A program made the position numbers and the translations under genes. 64,000 nt of DNA from an uncultured Clostridia bacterium (GTDB lineage Bacteria > Bacillota > Clostridia > Oscillospirales > Acutalibacteraceae). Position 1 is the stretch's first letter; each line of letters starts with the position of its first letter. The DNA lies in assembly GCA_947623505.1 (NCBI GenBank), contig CANQGT010000006.1, forward strand, positions 27,994 through 91,993, given 5' to 3'. Positions 36,676 to 45,686 of the stretch are shown piece by piece. The notes beneath the pieces are model-generated. The model worked only from the letters and a program-made list of their open reading frames with translations, searched no databases and was not told where the DNA came from.

Positions 36676-37742
36676 CAGATTTTTCCCCCTCTTTCAAACG
36701 CAAGCGAAATAAGTCTGTCGATAAGCTCGCGGTAAGATATTCCCACCGCCTCAAATAGCTTCGGATACATACTTATAGGGGTTTGGCCGGGTATCGTGTT
36801 TATCTCGTTCAAAAGTACCTCGCCGTCGGAACGCCTTACAAAAAAGTCCACTCTTGAAAGCCCCTCGCAGCCGATAGTTCTGTATGCTTTCAGCGCCGTT
36901 TTTCTTACATCGTTTCGCTTTTCCTCCGGTATTCCGGCGGGGATAACGGTTTTTGATTCGGGATTGTTGTATTTCGCGTCAAAATCATAAAATTCCGCCG
37001 CGGCGATTATCTCGCCCACTTCGCCGGCGATTGGCTCGTCGTTTCCGAGAACGGCGCACTCCACCTCAAAGCCGTCTATAAACTCTTCCAAAACAACCTT
37101 TTTATCTTCCTTAAACGCCGATTCTATTCCCTTTTTCAACTCTTCCGGCGTTGTAGCCTTTGAAACACCGACGGAGGAGCCTGCGTTCGCGGGTTTTACG
37201 AAAACGGTGGGGCCGAGGTACTCAAACGCCCTGCCGATATATTCGTCGGGCTTTTTTGAGTATTCGTAAGCGCTGAAAGCAAGCCATTTCGCCTGCTTTA
37301 TCCCGACCGCGTCCAAAACGGCGTTCGTTATCGCCTTATCCATACATACTCCCGATGAAGTGGAATCACAGCCGACAAACGGTATCTGCGCGAGCTGAAG
37401 CAGGCCCTGCACCGTGCCGTCCTCTCCGTTTTTGCCGTGCAAAACGGGGAATACAGCGTCGATATGTATCTGTTCGCCGTCCTCCGTCACTATTCCGTGA
37501 ATCGCGGAGTCGGGGGAAATAAACGCTTTTTTCAATTTTTCGGATTCAAGCCATCGGTCGTTCGGCAGCATATCGGCGTCTCCGTCGAAAAGATACCATT
37601 CTCCCTGTTTTGTGATGCCGAGAAGCACCAAATCATATTTGCTTTTATCTATATTTGAAAGTATTCCTTTGGCGGAAACCGTGCTCACGTCGTGCTCGGA
37701 CGACGCTCCTCCGAACAGTACAGCCAATCTTTTTTTCTGCAT
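36675..37742 (-). CDS. ddl: D-alanine-D-alanine ligase
   Basis: GGASSEHDVS, FPVLHGKNGEDG, KPANAGSSVG, FYDFDAKY, NEINTIPG. Confidence 0.96.
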   Translation of the reverse strand: MQKKRLAVLFGGASSEHDVSTVSAKGILSNIDKSKYDLVLLGITKQGEWYLFDGDADMLPNDRWLESEKLKKAFISPDSAIHGIVTEDGEQIHIDAVFPVLHGKNGEDGTVQGLLQLAQIPFVGCDSTSSGVCMDKAITNAVLDAVGIKQAKWLAFSAYEYSKKPDEYIGRAFEYLGPTVFVKPANAGSSVGVSKATTPEELKKGIESAFKEDKKVVLEEFIDGFEVECAVLGNDEPIAGEVGEIIAAAEFYDFDAKYNNPESKTVIPAGIPEEKRNDVRKTALKAYRTIGCEGLSRVDFFVRRSDGEVLLNEINTIPGQTPISMYPKLFEAVGISYRELIDRLISLAFERGGKI

Positions 37743-37926
37743 AATTTGGGTTCACCTCATAAATATTCATAATATTGTATCATATAAAATCGTGTAATTC
37801 AATATAAATAAATCCGTATTTATAAAAATAAATCGTGACAAATCGCCGCATTGCTGTTATAATAGTAAAAGCGTTATTTACGGACGGGCATTTTTTCGTC
37901 CTTACAAAGAATACAGGAGACGTCTT

Positions 37927-38772
37927 ATGGAAATAAACGAGGCATATAAGCTTATAGAAAAATATCTTGAGCCGATAAACGGCGAGCTCGGGTTTTCGAG
38001 GATAAAAGGCGAAGCTAATCCGGTTTTTAAGGGCGAAAAGGGGATCTACCGCCTCACTTACGAGGCAAAGACGCGTATCCTTTCGTTTGAATGCTCCTAT
38101 GAGCCGGACGGGGAGGAGTCGCAGTTCAAAACAATATCCAAATCGCTGTTTGAGGCAGACGACGCCGACGAAAGAGACTGCCGCTATACCGCGAACGAAA
38201 TAGGCGACGAGGTGAAATCTCTTTTCGCTTCAAGAAAAAAGGTGGATCTTGAGAAAGTCAAAATGCCCAAAGCCGTTTCGAGAGGGCAGGCGAAAAGCGG
38301 CGTTATAAGCTATGACGCCGATTCACTCGCGAACCGTTTCGGCGTTCTCTATCCCGATCTGAAGGACGAAATAAAGCGCAATATCGTTGAATACGGCGAA
38401 TTTCTGCCCGAAACTTTTTTTAAGGAAATCGGCACTCCGCGCGTGCTTGAGGTAATCAAAAACGGTTCGCAGGCGGATCAGAAAAAGCTTTTCAAAATGC
38501 TCTGCGATATTTATGAGGACGGCACCAACGAGGTTCAGGATATAATCGGCGTGTCAATTTTAGGCGAAATGAAAAACGATCCGAAACTGATGGAGGTTGC
38601 GGATAAATATATGTCCGAATATATGGCGGGGCCCGTTCACGAAATAAATAAGATAACGGCCAAAAGCAACAAATATACTAAAAAGCTGAAAAATCCGCCG
38701 CCCTATAAGCCGAAAAAGAAAAAAACGGGTATGCTTCAAAACGCCCTGAATCAGGCGGGCGGGCAATACTGA
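37927..38772 (+). CDS. Hypothetical soluble protein
   Basis: 281-aa ORF with a GTGACA-N17-TATAAT promoter (37835-37863), AGGAG RBS and its own terminator; no motif recognised. Confidence 0.75.
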   Translation: MEINEAYKLIEKYLEPINGELGFSRIKGEANPVFKGEKGIYRLTYEAKTRILSFECSYEPDGEESQFKTISKSLFEADDADERDCRYTANEIGDEVKSLFASRKKVDLEKVKMPKAVSRGQAKSGVISYDADSLANRFGVLYPDLKDEIKRNIVEYGEFLPETFFKEIGTPRVLEVIKNGSQADQKKLFKMLCDIYEDGTNEVQDIIGVSILGEMKNDPKLMEVADKYMSEYMAGPVHEINKITAKSNKYTKKLKNPPPYKPKKKKTGMLQNALNQAGGQY

Positions 38773-38784
38773 TAAAATTTACCG

Positions 38785-38817
38785 GCAGACAGTTTCACAA
38801 AACTGTCTGCTTTTTTT
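38785..38817 (+). terminator. Intrinsic terminator
   Basis: gcagacagtt / aactgtctgc followed by T7. Confidence 0.88.
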
Positions 38818-38899
38818 AGCTCTTAAATCCGATTTTTGAATGATATTGTGAAATTATTGTCAAACATTCGTTGATTTTAACAAAGTTTTCGCAGGAGTA

Positions 38900-38927
38900 T
38901 TGACAATAAAATCAACATCTTTATAAT
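38900..38927 (+). promoter_or_regulatory. Sigma-A promoter of serC-serA
   Basis: TTGACA-N16-TATAAT. Confidence 0.75.
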
Positions 38928-38975
38928 AAGACGCATACGCTTTTTAATTAAACATATGAAAGAGAGGACATTTTT

Positions 38976-40061
38976 ATGGCACGTGTTTACAATTTCAGCG
39001 CGGGACCGTCTACGCTTCCCGTATCGGTTCTTGAAAAGGCGGGAAAGGAAATACTCGATTACAACGGCTCGGGTCAGTCCGTAATGGAGATGAGCCACCG
39101 ATCCAAGGTCTTTGATGATATTATCAAAGAGGCGGAGGCTCTTATGAGGGAGCTTTACAAAATTCCCGATAACTATAAGGTGCTGTTTTTACAGGGCGGC
39201 GCGTCGGCGCAGTTTTCGGCTATCCCGCTTAACTTTATGAACGGTTCGGGCAAAGCGGATTATATAATTACCGGCCAGTGGGCGAAAAAGGCGTTTCAGG
39301 AGGCGCAGAAATACGGCGATGTGAAAGCCGCCGCTTCCTCCGCCGACAAAACGTTCAGCTATATTCCGAAAACAAAGCCGGAGGATTTCAGGGAGGACGT
39401 CGATTATGTTTATATATGCCTGAACAACACAATCTACGGCACCGTTTACAAAGAGCTTCCCCCGGTGGGCGACAGGGTGCTGATTGCGGACGTATCCTCC
39501 TGCGCCCTTTCGGAGCCGCTTGATATTTCCAAATTCGGCGTCGTTTATTTCGGCGCTCAGAAAAACGTTGCCCCCGCCGGTCTTGTTGTTGTAATAGTGC
39601 GCGAGGATCTTCTCGGCAACGCGAGGGACATTTGCCCCGTTATGATGAATTACAAGGTGCAGGCGGACGCCGATTCGCTTTATAACACTCCGCCCTGCTG
39701 GACTATATATATCTGCAAGCTGGTGCTTGAATGGATAAAGGAGACGTTCGGCGGCCTTGACGGGCTCAAGGAGCACAACGAAAAGAAAGCGAAGATACTC
39801 TATGATTTTCTTGACGAAAGCGAAATGTTCAGGGGCACCGTCGTTCCCGAGGACCGTTCGCTTATGAACGTTCCGTTCGTTACGGACAGCGAGGAACTCA
39901 ACGCGAAATTCATAAAAGAGGCAACAGCCGCGGGCTTCGTAAATCTTAAAGGCCACAGAACCGTTGGCGGAATGAGGGCCTCGATCTACAACGCTATGCC
40001 GATAGAGGGCGTTGAAAAGCTCGTTGAGTTTATGAAAAAATTTGAGGAGGAAAACAAATAA
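38976..40061 (+). CDS. serC: Phosphoserine aminotransferase
   Basis: YNFSAGPS, SVMEMSHRS, FLQGGAS, GAQKN, NTPP, GHRTVGGMRASIYNA. Confidence 0.98.
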   Translation: MARVYNFSAGPSTLPVSVLEKAGKEILDYNGSGQSVMEMSHRSKVFDDIIKEAEALMRELYKIPDNYKVLFLQGGASAQFSAIPLNFMNGSGKADYIITGQWAKKAFQEAQKYGDVKAAASSADKTFSYIPKTKPEDFREDVDYVYICLNNTIYGTVYKELPPVGDRVLIADVSSCALSEPLDISKFGVVYFGAQKNVAPAGLVVVIVREDLLGNARDICPVMMNYKVQADADSLYNTPPCWTIYICKLVLEWIKETFGGLDGLKEHNEKKAKILYDFLDESEMFRGTVVPEDRSLMNVPFVTDSEELNAKFIKEATAAGFVNLKGHRTVGGMRASIYNAMPIEGVEKLVEFMKKFEEENK

Positions 40062-41224
40062 TGTTTAATATAAAAACTCTTAATAAAATATCTCAAGCGG
40101 GGCTTTCAAAATTTGACGGGGCAAAATACGCTTACGGCGACGATGTTGAAAATCCGGACGCGATAATGGTGCGCTCCGCTTCAATGCACGATATGGAAAT
40201 GCCGGAGTCGCTGCTTGCCATAGCGCGCGCGGGAGCGGGCGTAAACAATATTCCCGTAGCCGAATGCACGGAAAAAGGCATCGTTGTTTTCAACACGCCC
40301 GGCGCAAACGCCAATGCCGTTAAAGAGCTTGTGATATGCGGACTTCTTCTCGCAAGCCGCAAGATAACAAAGGCGATAGAATGGTGCAAAACGCTGAAAA
40401 ACGACGAAAACGTTTCAAAGAGCGTTGAAAAGGGCAAATCGGCGTTCGCCGGCCCCGAAATCAAGGGCAAAACGCTTGCCGTTATCGGTTTGGGCGCTAT
40501 CGGCAGACTTGTTGCGAACGCCGCGGCGGATCTCGGTATGGAGGTTGTCGGCTATGATCCGTTTCTTTCCGAGGCGGCGGCGCAGACGCTGAAAAAAGAG
40601 GTAAAGGTGAATAACGACCTCGATTCGCTTTTCCCCATAGCCGACTATGTAACAATTCACGTTCCGCTCACTCCCGAAACCAAGGAGCTCATCTGCCGCG
40701 AAAATATAGACAAGATGAAAAATACCGTAAGGATACTCAATTTCGCGAGAGGCGATCTCGCTAACAGCGGAGATATAGTCAACGCGCTTGAGAACGGCAG
40801 AATGGCGGCGTATGTAACCGATTTCCCGTCCGCCGAGCTTATCGGCGTTGACGGCGTGATAGCGCTTCCCCATTTAGGCGCTTCCACTCCCGAAAGCGAG
40901 GAAAACTGCGCGGCGATGGGCGCGGCGGAACTTATAGATTTCCTCGAAAACGGCAATATAAGAAATTCGGTGAATTTACCCGCTGTTTCGTCTGAACGCA
41001 CCGGCAAGGCAAGGCTCACCGTTATACATAAGAATCAGCCTAATATGATAGCCACGATAACCGATACTATCAGCAGAGACGGCATAAATATCGCCAATTT
41101 TGAGGATAAAAACAGCGGCGAAACGGCTTACAGCATTATAGACGCAGATTCCGATTTCTCCGATAAGGCAATAGAGGATATAAAGAAAATAGACGGCGTT
41201 ATAAGGGTAAGGCTCATAAAGTAA
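40061..41224 (+). CDS. serA: D-3-phosphoglycerate dehydrogenase with an ACT domain
   Basis: RAGAGVNNI, NTPGANANAV, GLGAIG, NFARG, PHLGAST, C-terminal HKNQPNMI ACT domain. Confidence 0.93.
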   Translation: MFNIKTLNKISQAGLSKFDGAKYAYGDDVENPDAIMVRSASMHDMEMPESLLAIARAGAGVNNIPVAECTEKGIVVFNTPGANANAVKELVICGLLLASRKITKAIEWCKTLKNDENVSKSVEKGKSAFAGPEIKGKTLAVIGLGAIGRLVANAAADLGMEVVGYDPFLSEAAAQTLKKEVKVNNDLDSLFPIADYVTIHVPLTPETKELICRENIDKMKNTVRILNFARGDLANSGDIVNALENGRMAAYVTDFPSAELIGVDGVIALPHLGASTPESEENCAAMGAAELIDFLENGNIRNSVNLPAVSSERTGKARLTVIHKNQPNMIATITDTISRDGINIANFEDKNSGETAYSIIDADSDFSDKAIEDIKKIDGVIRVRLIK

Positions 41225-41234
41225 AAAATTTTTA

Positions 41235-41270
41235 CGGAGGGCGGGGAGTTTTCCGCCCTCCGATTTTTTT
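41235..41270 (+). terminator. Intrinsic terminator after serA
   Basis: cggagggcgg / ccgccctccg followed by a T tract. Confidence 0.88.
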
Positions 41271-41283
41271 GTATAATTTTCTA

Positions 41284-41312
41284 TTGACAAATAAAATCAA
41301 CTTTGCTATAAT
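41284..41312 (+). promoter_or_regulatory. Perfect-consensus sigma-A promoter of the aldolase gene
   Basis: TTGACA-N17-TATAAT with an extended TG. Confidence 0.85.
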
Positions 41313-41374
41313 TTACGCTAATCTGCTTTAAAGCGGTGCGGCTTTAAAGCGCTAAAGCAAAGGAGATGTTTGAA

Positions 41375-42352
41375 ATGGCTCCCAGAAAGGGCAATCTGAT
41401 GTCCGTTCGTTCGGATATCAAGGTTTTGGACGCAACCGTCAGAGACGGCGGACTCTGCAACAATTTTGAATTTACCGATGAATTTGTTACCGAGCTTTAT
41501 AAAGCGAATATAAAAAGCGGCGTTGATTATATGGAATTCGGCTACCGCGCGTCGAAAAAGATGTTTGATCCGAAAAAATTCGGCAAATGGAAATTCTGCG
41601 CGGAAGAGGATATAAGAAATATTGTGGGCGATAATGTTTCCGATATGAAGATTTCCGTTATGGCCGATGTCGGCAGGTGCGATTTCAGAGAGGATTTCAT
41701 TCCGAAGTCCGAATCTGTAATAGATATGGTGAGGGTGGCGTGCTACATTCATCAGATACCCGCCGCCATTGAAATGATAGAGTATTTTCACACCTTGGGC
41801 TATGAAACAACATGCAACATAATGGCTATAAGCCAGGCAAACAGCGAGCAGGTAGACGCGGCTCTTGAAATGCTGGGGCAAAGCAGCGTTGATGTTATAT
41901 ATCTTGTTGATTCTTATGGCTCTCTTTACCCCGAAAGCGCGGGAAATCTCGCGAAAAAATATCTTGAAACGGCGGAAAAATACGGCAAGCTTATAGGATT
42001 TCACGCCCACAACAACCAAAATCTCGCCTTCGCCAACACGATAGAGACGATGTCCTACGGCGTGTCGTATCTCGACGCCACGGCGTCGGCGATGGGCAGG
42101 GGCGCGGGAAACTGCGCTATGGAATTGCTTTTGGGCTTTCTCAAAAATCCGAAATACAATCTCTATTCCATTCTGTCGTTCATTGAAAATTATATTCTGC
42201 CGCTTAAAGCGAGCGGGGTCGTTTGGGGCTACGATATTCAGTATATGCTTACGGGGCAGCTAAACAGGCACCCGCGCGAGGCGATGGCCTTCACCGCCGA
42301 AAACCGCAGCGATTACTGCGAATTTTACACATCGCTGCTTGAAAATTTCTGA
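41375..42352 (+). CDS. DRE-TIM / HMGL-like aldolase (4-hydroxy-2-oxovalerate aldolase-like catalytic domain)
   Basis: LDATVRDGG, DSYGS, GFHAHNN, GRGAGNC; ATG 41375 after AAGGAG. Confidence 0.8.
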   Translation: MAPRKGNLMSVRSDIKVLDATVRDGGLCNNFEFTDEFVTELYKANIKSGVDYMEFGYRASKKMFDPKKFGKWKFCAEEDIRNIVGDNVSDMKISVMADVGRCDFREDFIPKSESVIDMVRVACYIHQIPAAIEMIEYFHTLGYETTCNIMAISQANSEQVDAALEMLGQSSVDVIYLVDSYGSLYPESAGNLAKKYLETAEKYGKLIGFHAHNNQNLAFANTIETMSYGVSYLDATASAMGRGAGNCAMELLLGFLKNPKYNLYSILSFIENYILPLKASGVVWGYDIQYMLTGQLNRHPREAMAFTAENRSDYCEFYTSLLENF

Positions 42353-42459
42353 TTTTATTCTCAGCGGCTCGGTTTCCGAGCCGTATTTTATTTTAAACAC
42401 GCCGCGCGCTTTTATTGACATTCAAAGCGCTGTACATTAAAATAATTGAGGTGATTTAT

Positions 42460-43518
42460 ATGAAGATTACAGAAGACGCTTCAATGAAAAATATGAAATT
42501 CATACGAAAACTTCCCGTTCCGCAGGAGGTCAAAGAGCTTTTTCCGCTCAAGGAGAAAGCAAAGGAGATCAAGACGCTTAGGGATAGGGAGATAGCCGAC
42601 GTTTTCAAAGGCAAAAGCGATAAATTCCTTTTGATAATCGGCCCCTGCTCGGCGGACAGGGAGGAGAGCGTGCTCGACTATGTGAACCGCCTTGCCGAGG
42701 TTCAGAAAGAAGTTGCCGATAAAATCATAATAATCCCACGCATTTATACGGGTAAGCCGCGCACTACGGGCGCGGGTTACAAGGGAATGATGCACCAGCC
42801 GGATCCCGACGGTGTGCCCGATATGTACGACGGTATAATCGCCGTGCGTTCGCTTCATTCAAAGGCCGTTGAGCAGACGGGGCTGACCTGCGCCGACGAG
42901 ATGCTTTATCCGTATAATTACCGCTATCTGAGCGATCTGCTCGCATATGTGGCGGTGGGCGCGAGAAGCGTTGAAAATCAGGATCACCGCCTTACCGCAA
43001 GCGGAATGGACGTGCCGTGCGGTATGAAAAACGGCACGAGCGGCGATTACGGCGTTATGCTCAACGCGATAACCGCGGCGCAGAGCGGGCACACCTTTAT
43101 ATACCGCGGTTGGGAAGTGGAATCAAAGGGAAATGAGCTTGCCCACGCGATTTTGCGCGGTGGAGTGGACAAGCACGGCATATGCCACCCGAATTACCAT
43201 TACGAGGATCTTATAACCCTTTACAATATGTATGCGGCCGACGGAAAATTCAAAAATCCCGCCGTTATCATAGACACGAATCATTCAAACAGCGGCAAGA
43301 AATTCTATGAGCAGAAAAGAATCGCGAATGAGGTGCTCCACTCAATGAGGCACAGCGGCGACATTAAGAGTTTTGTAAAAGGCTTTATGATAGAATCTTA
43401 TATTGAAGAGGGCTGCCAGAAGATAGAGGAAGGCGTTTACGGAAAATCGATAACCGATCCGTGTCTCGGCTGGGAGGATTCAAAGGAGCTTATCTACACG
43501 ATAGCCTCCCAACTTTAA
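42460..43518 (+). CDS. 3-deoxy-7-phosphoheptulonate (DAHP) synthase, class I-alpha
   Basis: IGPCSAD, KPRT, AVGARS, GMKNG, ILRGG, HSNSGK, ESY, SITDPCLGW; promoter TTGACA-N17-TAAAAT at 42415-42443. Confidence 0.95.
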   Translation: MKITEDASMKNMKFIRKLPVPQEVKELFPLKEKAKEIKTLRDREIADVFKGKSDKFLLIIGPCSADREESVLDYVNRLAEVQKEVADKIIIIPRIYTGKPRTTGAGYKGMMHQPDPDGVPDMYDGIIAVRSLHSKAVEQTGLTCADEMLYPYNYRYLSDLLAYVAVGARSVENQDHRLTASGMDVPCGMKNGTSGDYGVMLNAITAAQSGHTFIYRGWEVESKGNELAHAILRGGVDKHGICHPNYHYEDLITLYNMYAADGKFKNPAVIIDTNHSNSGKKFYEQKRIANEVLHSMRHSGDIKSFVKGFMIESYIEEGCQKIEEGVYGKSITDPCLGWEDSKELIYTIASQL

Positions 43519-43734
43519 GGCGGCGATAAAACCCGCAATATATTAAGAAATTAAAAGCCGGAGTTATAAATTATGCACAAACAGGCTCGCTTTAACTTGT
43601 GAAATATTACAAAAAGATTTTTGGGCGACTTATTTTGTTTGACAGGCATTTTTATATATGGTAAGATATTTTTAATAAATCGCTTTATCACTTTAAAGTG
43701 GCAAGCGAAATATATTCTTACAGAAGGGATAATT

Positions 43735-44715
43735 ATGAAAAAATCAGTAAAAAGAATAGTGGCTCTTTGCCTTGCCGTTCTTATGGTAGGCGCCGTTTTC
43801 GCCGCCTGCTCAAATCAGAATGGAAACAAGGTTTACAAAATCGGCATTATTCAGCAAATGAAGCATGAAGCGCTCGATCAGGCCACTCAGGGCTTTATCG
43901 ATGCAGTCTATGAAAAGATCGGTAAGGAAAATGTTGACATAGATCCGCAAGTCGGCACGGAGGAAACCGACAGTTGCGCCAAGATTGCGGGACAGCTGGT
44001 TTCCAAGAATGTTGATCTTATTATGGCGAACGCGACGAACGCCATGAAAGCGGCCGTTCAAGCCACAACGGAGATCCCGATTGTTTCCACATCTATCACG
44101 ACATATGCCGGCCCTCTCGGACTTGAAAGCCTCAACAACGGCAAAACCGGCCTCAATGTTACGGGAACTTCCGATCTTGCTCCGCTCGATCAGCAGGCGG
44201 CTATGATCAAGGAAATTTGCCCCGACACTAAGACCGTAGGTATAATCTATTGCTCATCCGAGGAAAATTCACAGTATCAGGTAGACGAAGTCACGAAATA
44301 TCTGAAAGATCTCGGAATTACTGCAACCTCGTATTCTTTTAGCGAAACGAACGATCTTCAGGCGATAGTTCAGAAGGCTGTTGCGGATAACGACGCGCTC
44401 TATATCCCCACGGACAATACCGCCGCGAACAATACGGGAATAATCGACGCCGTTGCGAGACCTGCCAAGAAGCCTGTATTTGCCGGTGAGGAGGGAATAT
44501 GCAAGGGCTGCGGACTTGTAACTCTTTCAATATCCTATTATGATATAGGCTACAAGACCGGCGAAATGGCCGCCGAGATACTTCTTGACGGCAAAAATCC
44601 CGCCGATATGGAGATCCAATATGCTCCCAAGTTCACCAAGGAGTATAACAAGGAAATAGCCGACGAGCTCGGAATCACGATCCCCGCTGATTATGAGGCT
44701 ATTGCCGCCGAATAA
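43735..44715 (+). CDS. ABC transporter substrate-binding lipoprotein (TrpX-like, aromatic amino acid type)
   Basis: Lipobox-like AVFAAC; IGIIQQMKHEALD, TGTSD, IIYCSSEENS, YIPTDN. Confidence 0.85.
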   Translation: MKKSVKRIVALCLAVLMVGAVFAACSNQNGNKVYKIGIIQQMKHEALDQATQGFIDAVYEKIGKENVDIDPQVGTEETDSCAKIAGQLVSKNVDLIMANATNAMKAAVQATTEIPIVSTSITTYAGPLGLESLNNGKTGLNVTGTSDLAPLDQQAAMIKEICPDTKTVGIIYCSSEENSQYQVDEVTKYLKDLGITATSYSFSETNDLQAIVQKAVADNDALYIPTDNTAANNTGIIDAVARPAKKPVFAGEEGICKGCGLVTLSISYYDIGYKTGEMAAEILLDGKNPADMEIQYAPKFTKEYNKEIADELGITIPADYEAIAAE

Positions 44716-44733
44716 TAAATTATAAATGGGAAG

Positions 44734-44765
44734 AGGCGATAAGTCAGGCGCTTATCGCCTTTTTT
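44734..44765 (+). terminator. Internal terminator or stabilising hairpin between binding-protein and permease genes
   Basis: aggcgataag / cttatcgcct followed by a T run. Confidence 0.8.
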
Positions 44766-44780
44766 GTCGGAGGAGAAAAT

Positions 44781-45686
44781 ATGCTTGCATTTCTTAATTC
44801 TGTTCCCGGCGCGGTGGCGCAGGGCCTTATATGGGGCGTTATGGCGATAGGAGTTTACATAACCTATCGCATACTTGATTTCGCGGACCTTACTGTTGAC
44901 GGCACATTGAGCACCGGCGGTGCTGTTTTCGCTTTCTGCCTACTGAATGGAGTAAATATATATATAGCCATGCTTTTGGCGTTCCTTTCCGGGTGTATAA
45001 CAGGTTTTGTTACTGCTGTATTTTATACGAGCTTTGGCATACCGCCCATTCTTTCGGGTATTCTCACGCAAATAGGGCTGTATTCCGTAAACCTCAGTAT
45101 TTTAGGCGGCTCCAACAAAACGGTAAACTCGAACAATTACGATTTGGTCATAAGCCTCAGGTTCCCGAACAAATCGATAATCGTGGGGCTTATCATAACC
45201 GCCGTTTTGATAGCTGTCCTTTACTGGTTCTTCGGCACGGAGCTGGGGCATTCTATAAGGGCAACGGGCAACAATCAAAATATGTCCAGGGCAAATGGCA
45301 TAAACACAAAACTTAATGCTCTTATTGCTCTTGTTATATCAAACGGTATCGTGGCGTTCTCCGGCGCTTTGCTTTCACAGTTCCAGGGCTTTGCCGATGT
45401 AAACTCCGGCAGGGGCGCGATAGTTATAGGTCTTGCCGCCGTAATAATCGGCGAGGTGATTTTCGGCAAGATATTCAAAAATTTCGCGCTGAAGCTTTTT
45501 GCCTGCGGAATTGGCGGAGTTATCTACTATATTGTAATGACGCTTGTAATTTCCCTCGGCCTTAATCCCAATTACCTCAAATTCTTCACCGCCGTTATAG
45601 TTGCGCTCTTCCTCGGCCTTCCCTATTGGAAGGACAATATCGCGGCAAAGAGGGTAAAGAATGTGGGAGGTGAGCAGAATGCTTGA
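44781..45686 (+). CDS. ABC transporter permease
   Basis: DFADLTVDG, IRATGNN, GFADVNSGRGAIVIGLAAVIIGE. Confidence 0.9.
   Translation: MLAFLNSVPGAVAQGLIWGVMAIGVYITYRILDFADLTVDGTLSTGGAVFAFCLLNGVNIYIAMLLAFLSGCITGFVTAVFYTSFGIPPILSGILTQIGLYSVNLSILGGSNKTVNSNNYDLVISLRFPNKSIIVGLIITAVLIAVLYWFFGTELGHSIRATGNNQNMSRANGINTKLNALIALVISNGIVAFSGALLSQFQGFADVNSGRGAIVIGLAAVIIGEVIFGKIFKNFALKLFACGIGGVIYYIVMTLVISLGLNPNYLKFFTAVIVALFLGLPYWKDNIAAKRVKNVGGEQNA

Noticed and set aside
36675-37742. Possible D-Ala-D-Lac (vancomycin-resistance type) ligase
   Set aside because: The omega loop reads FYDFDAKY with Tyr, typical of D-Ala-D-Ala ligases, and no van genes are adjacent.
38846-38863. Rex-like site TTGTGAA-ATTA-TTGTCAA upstream of serC
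   Set aside because: Two mismatches in the right half, AT-rich context, and a position well upstream of the -35 that is atypical for a repressor.
43519-43734. T-box leader upstream of the amino acid ABC transporter (also sought before serC and argS)
   Set aside because: No GGTGG.ACCGCG-type antiterminator sequence is visible and the predicted leaders are too short.
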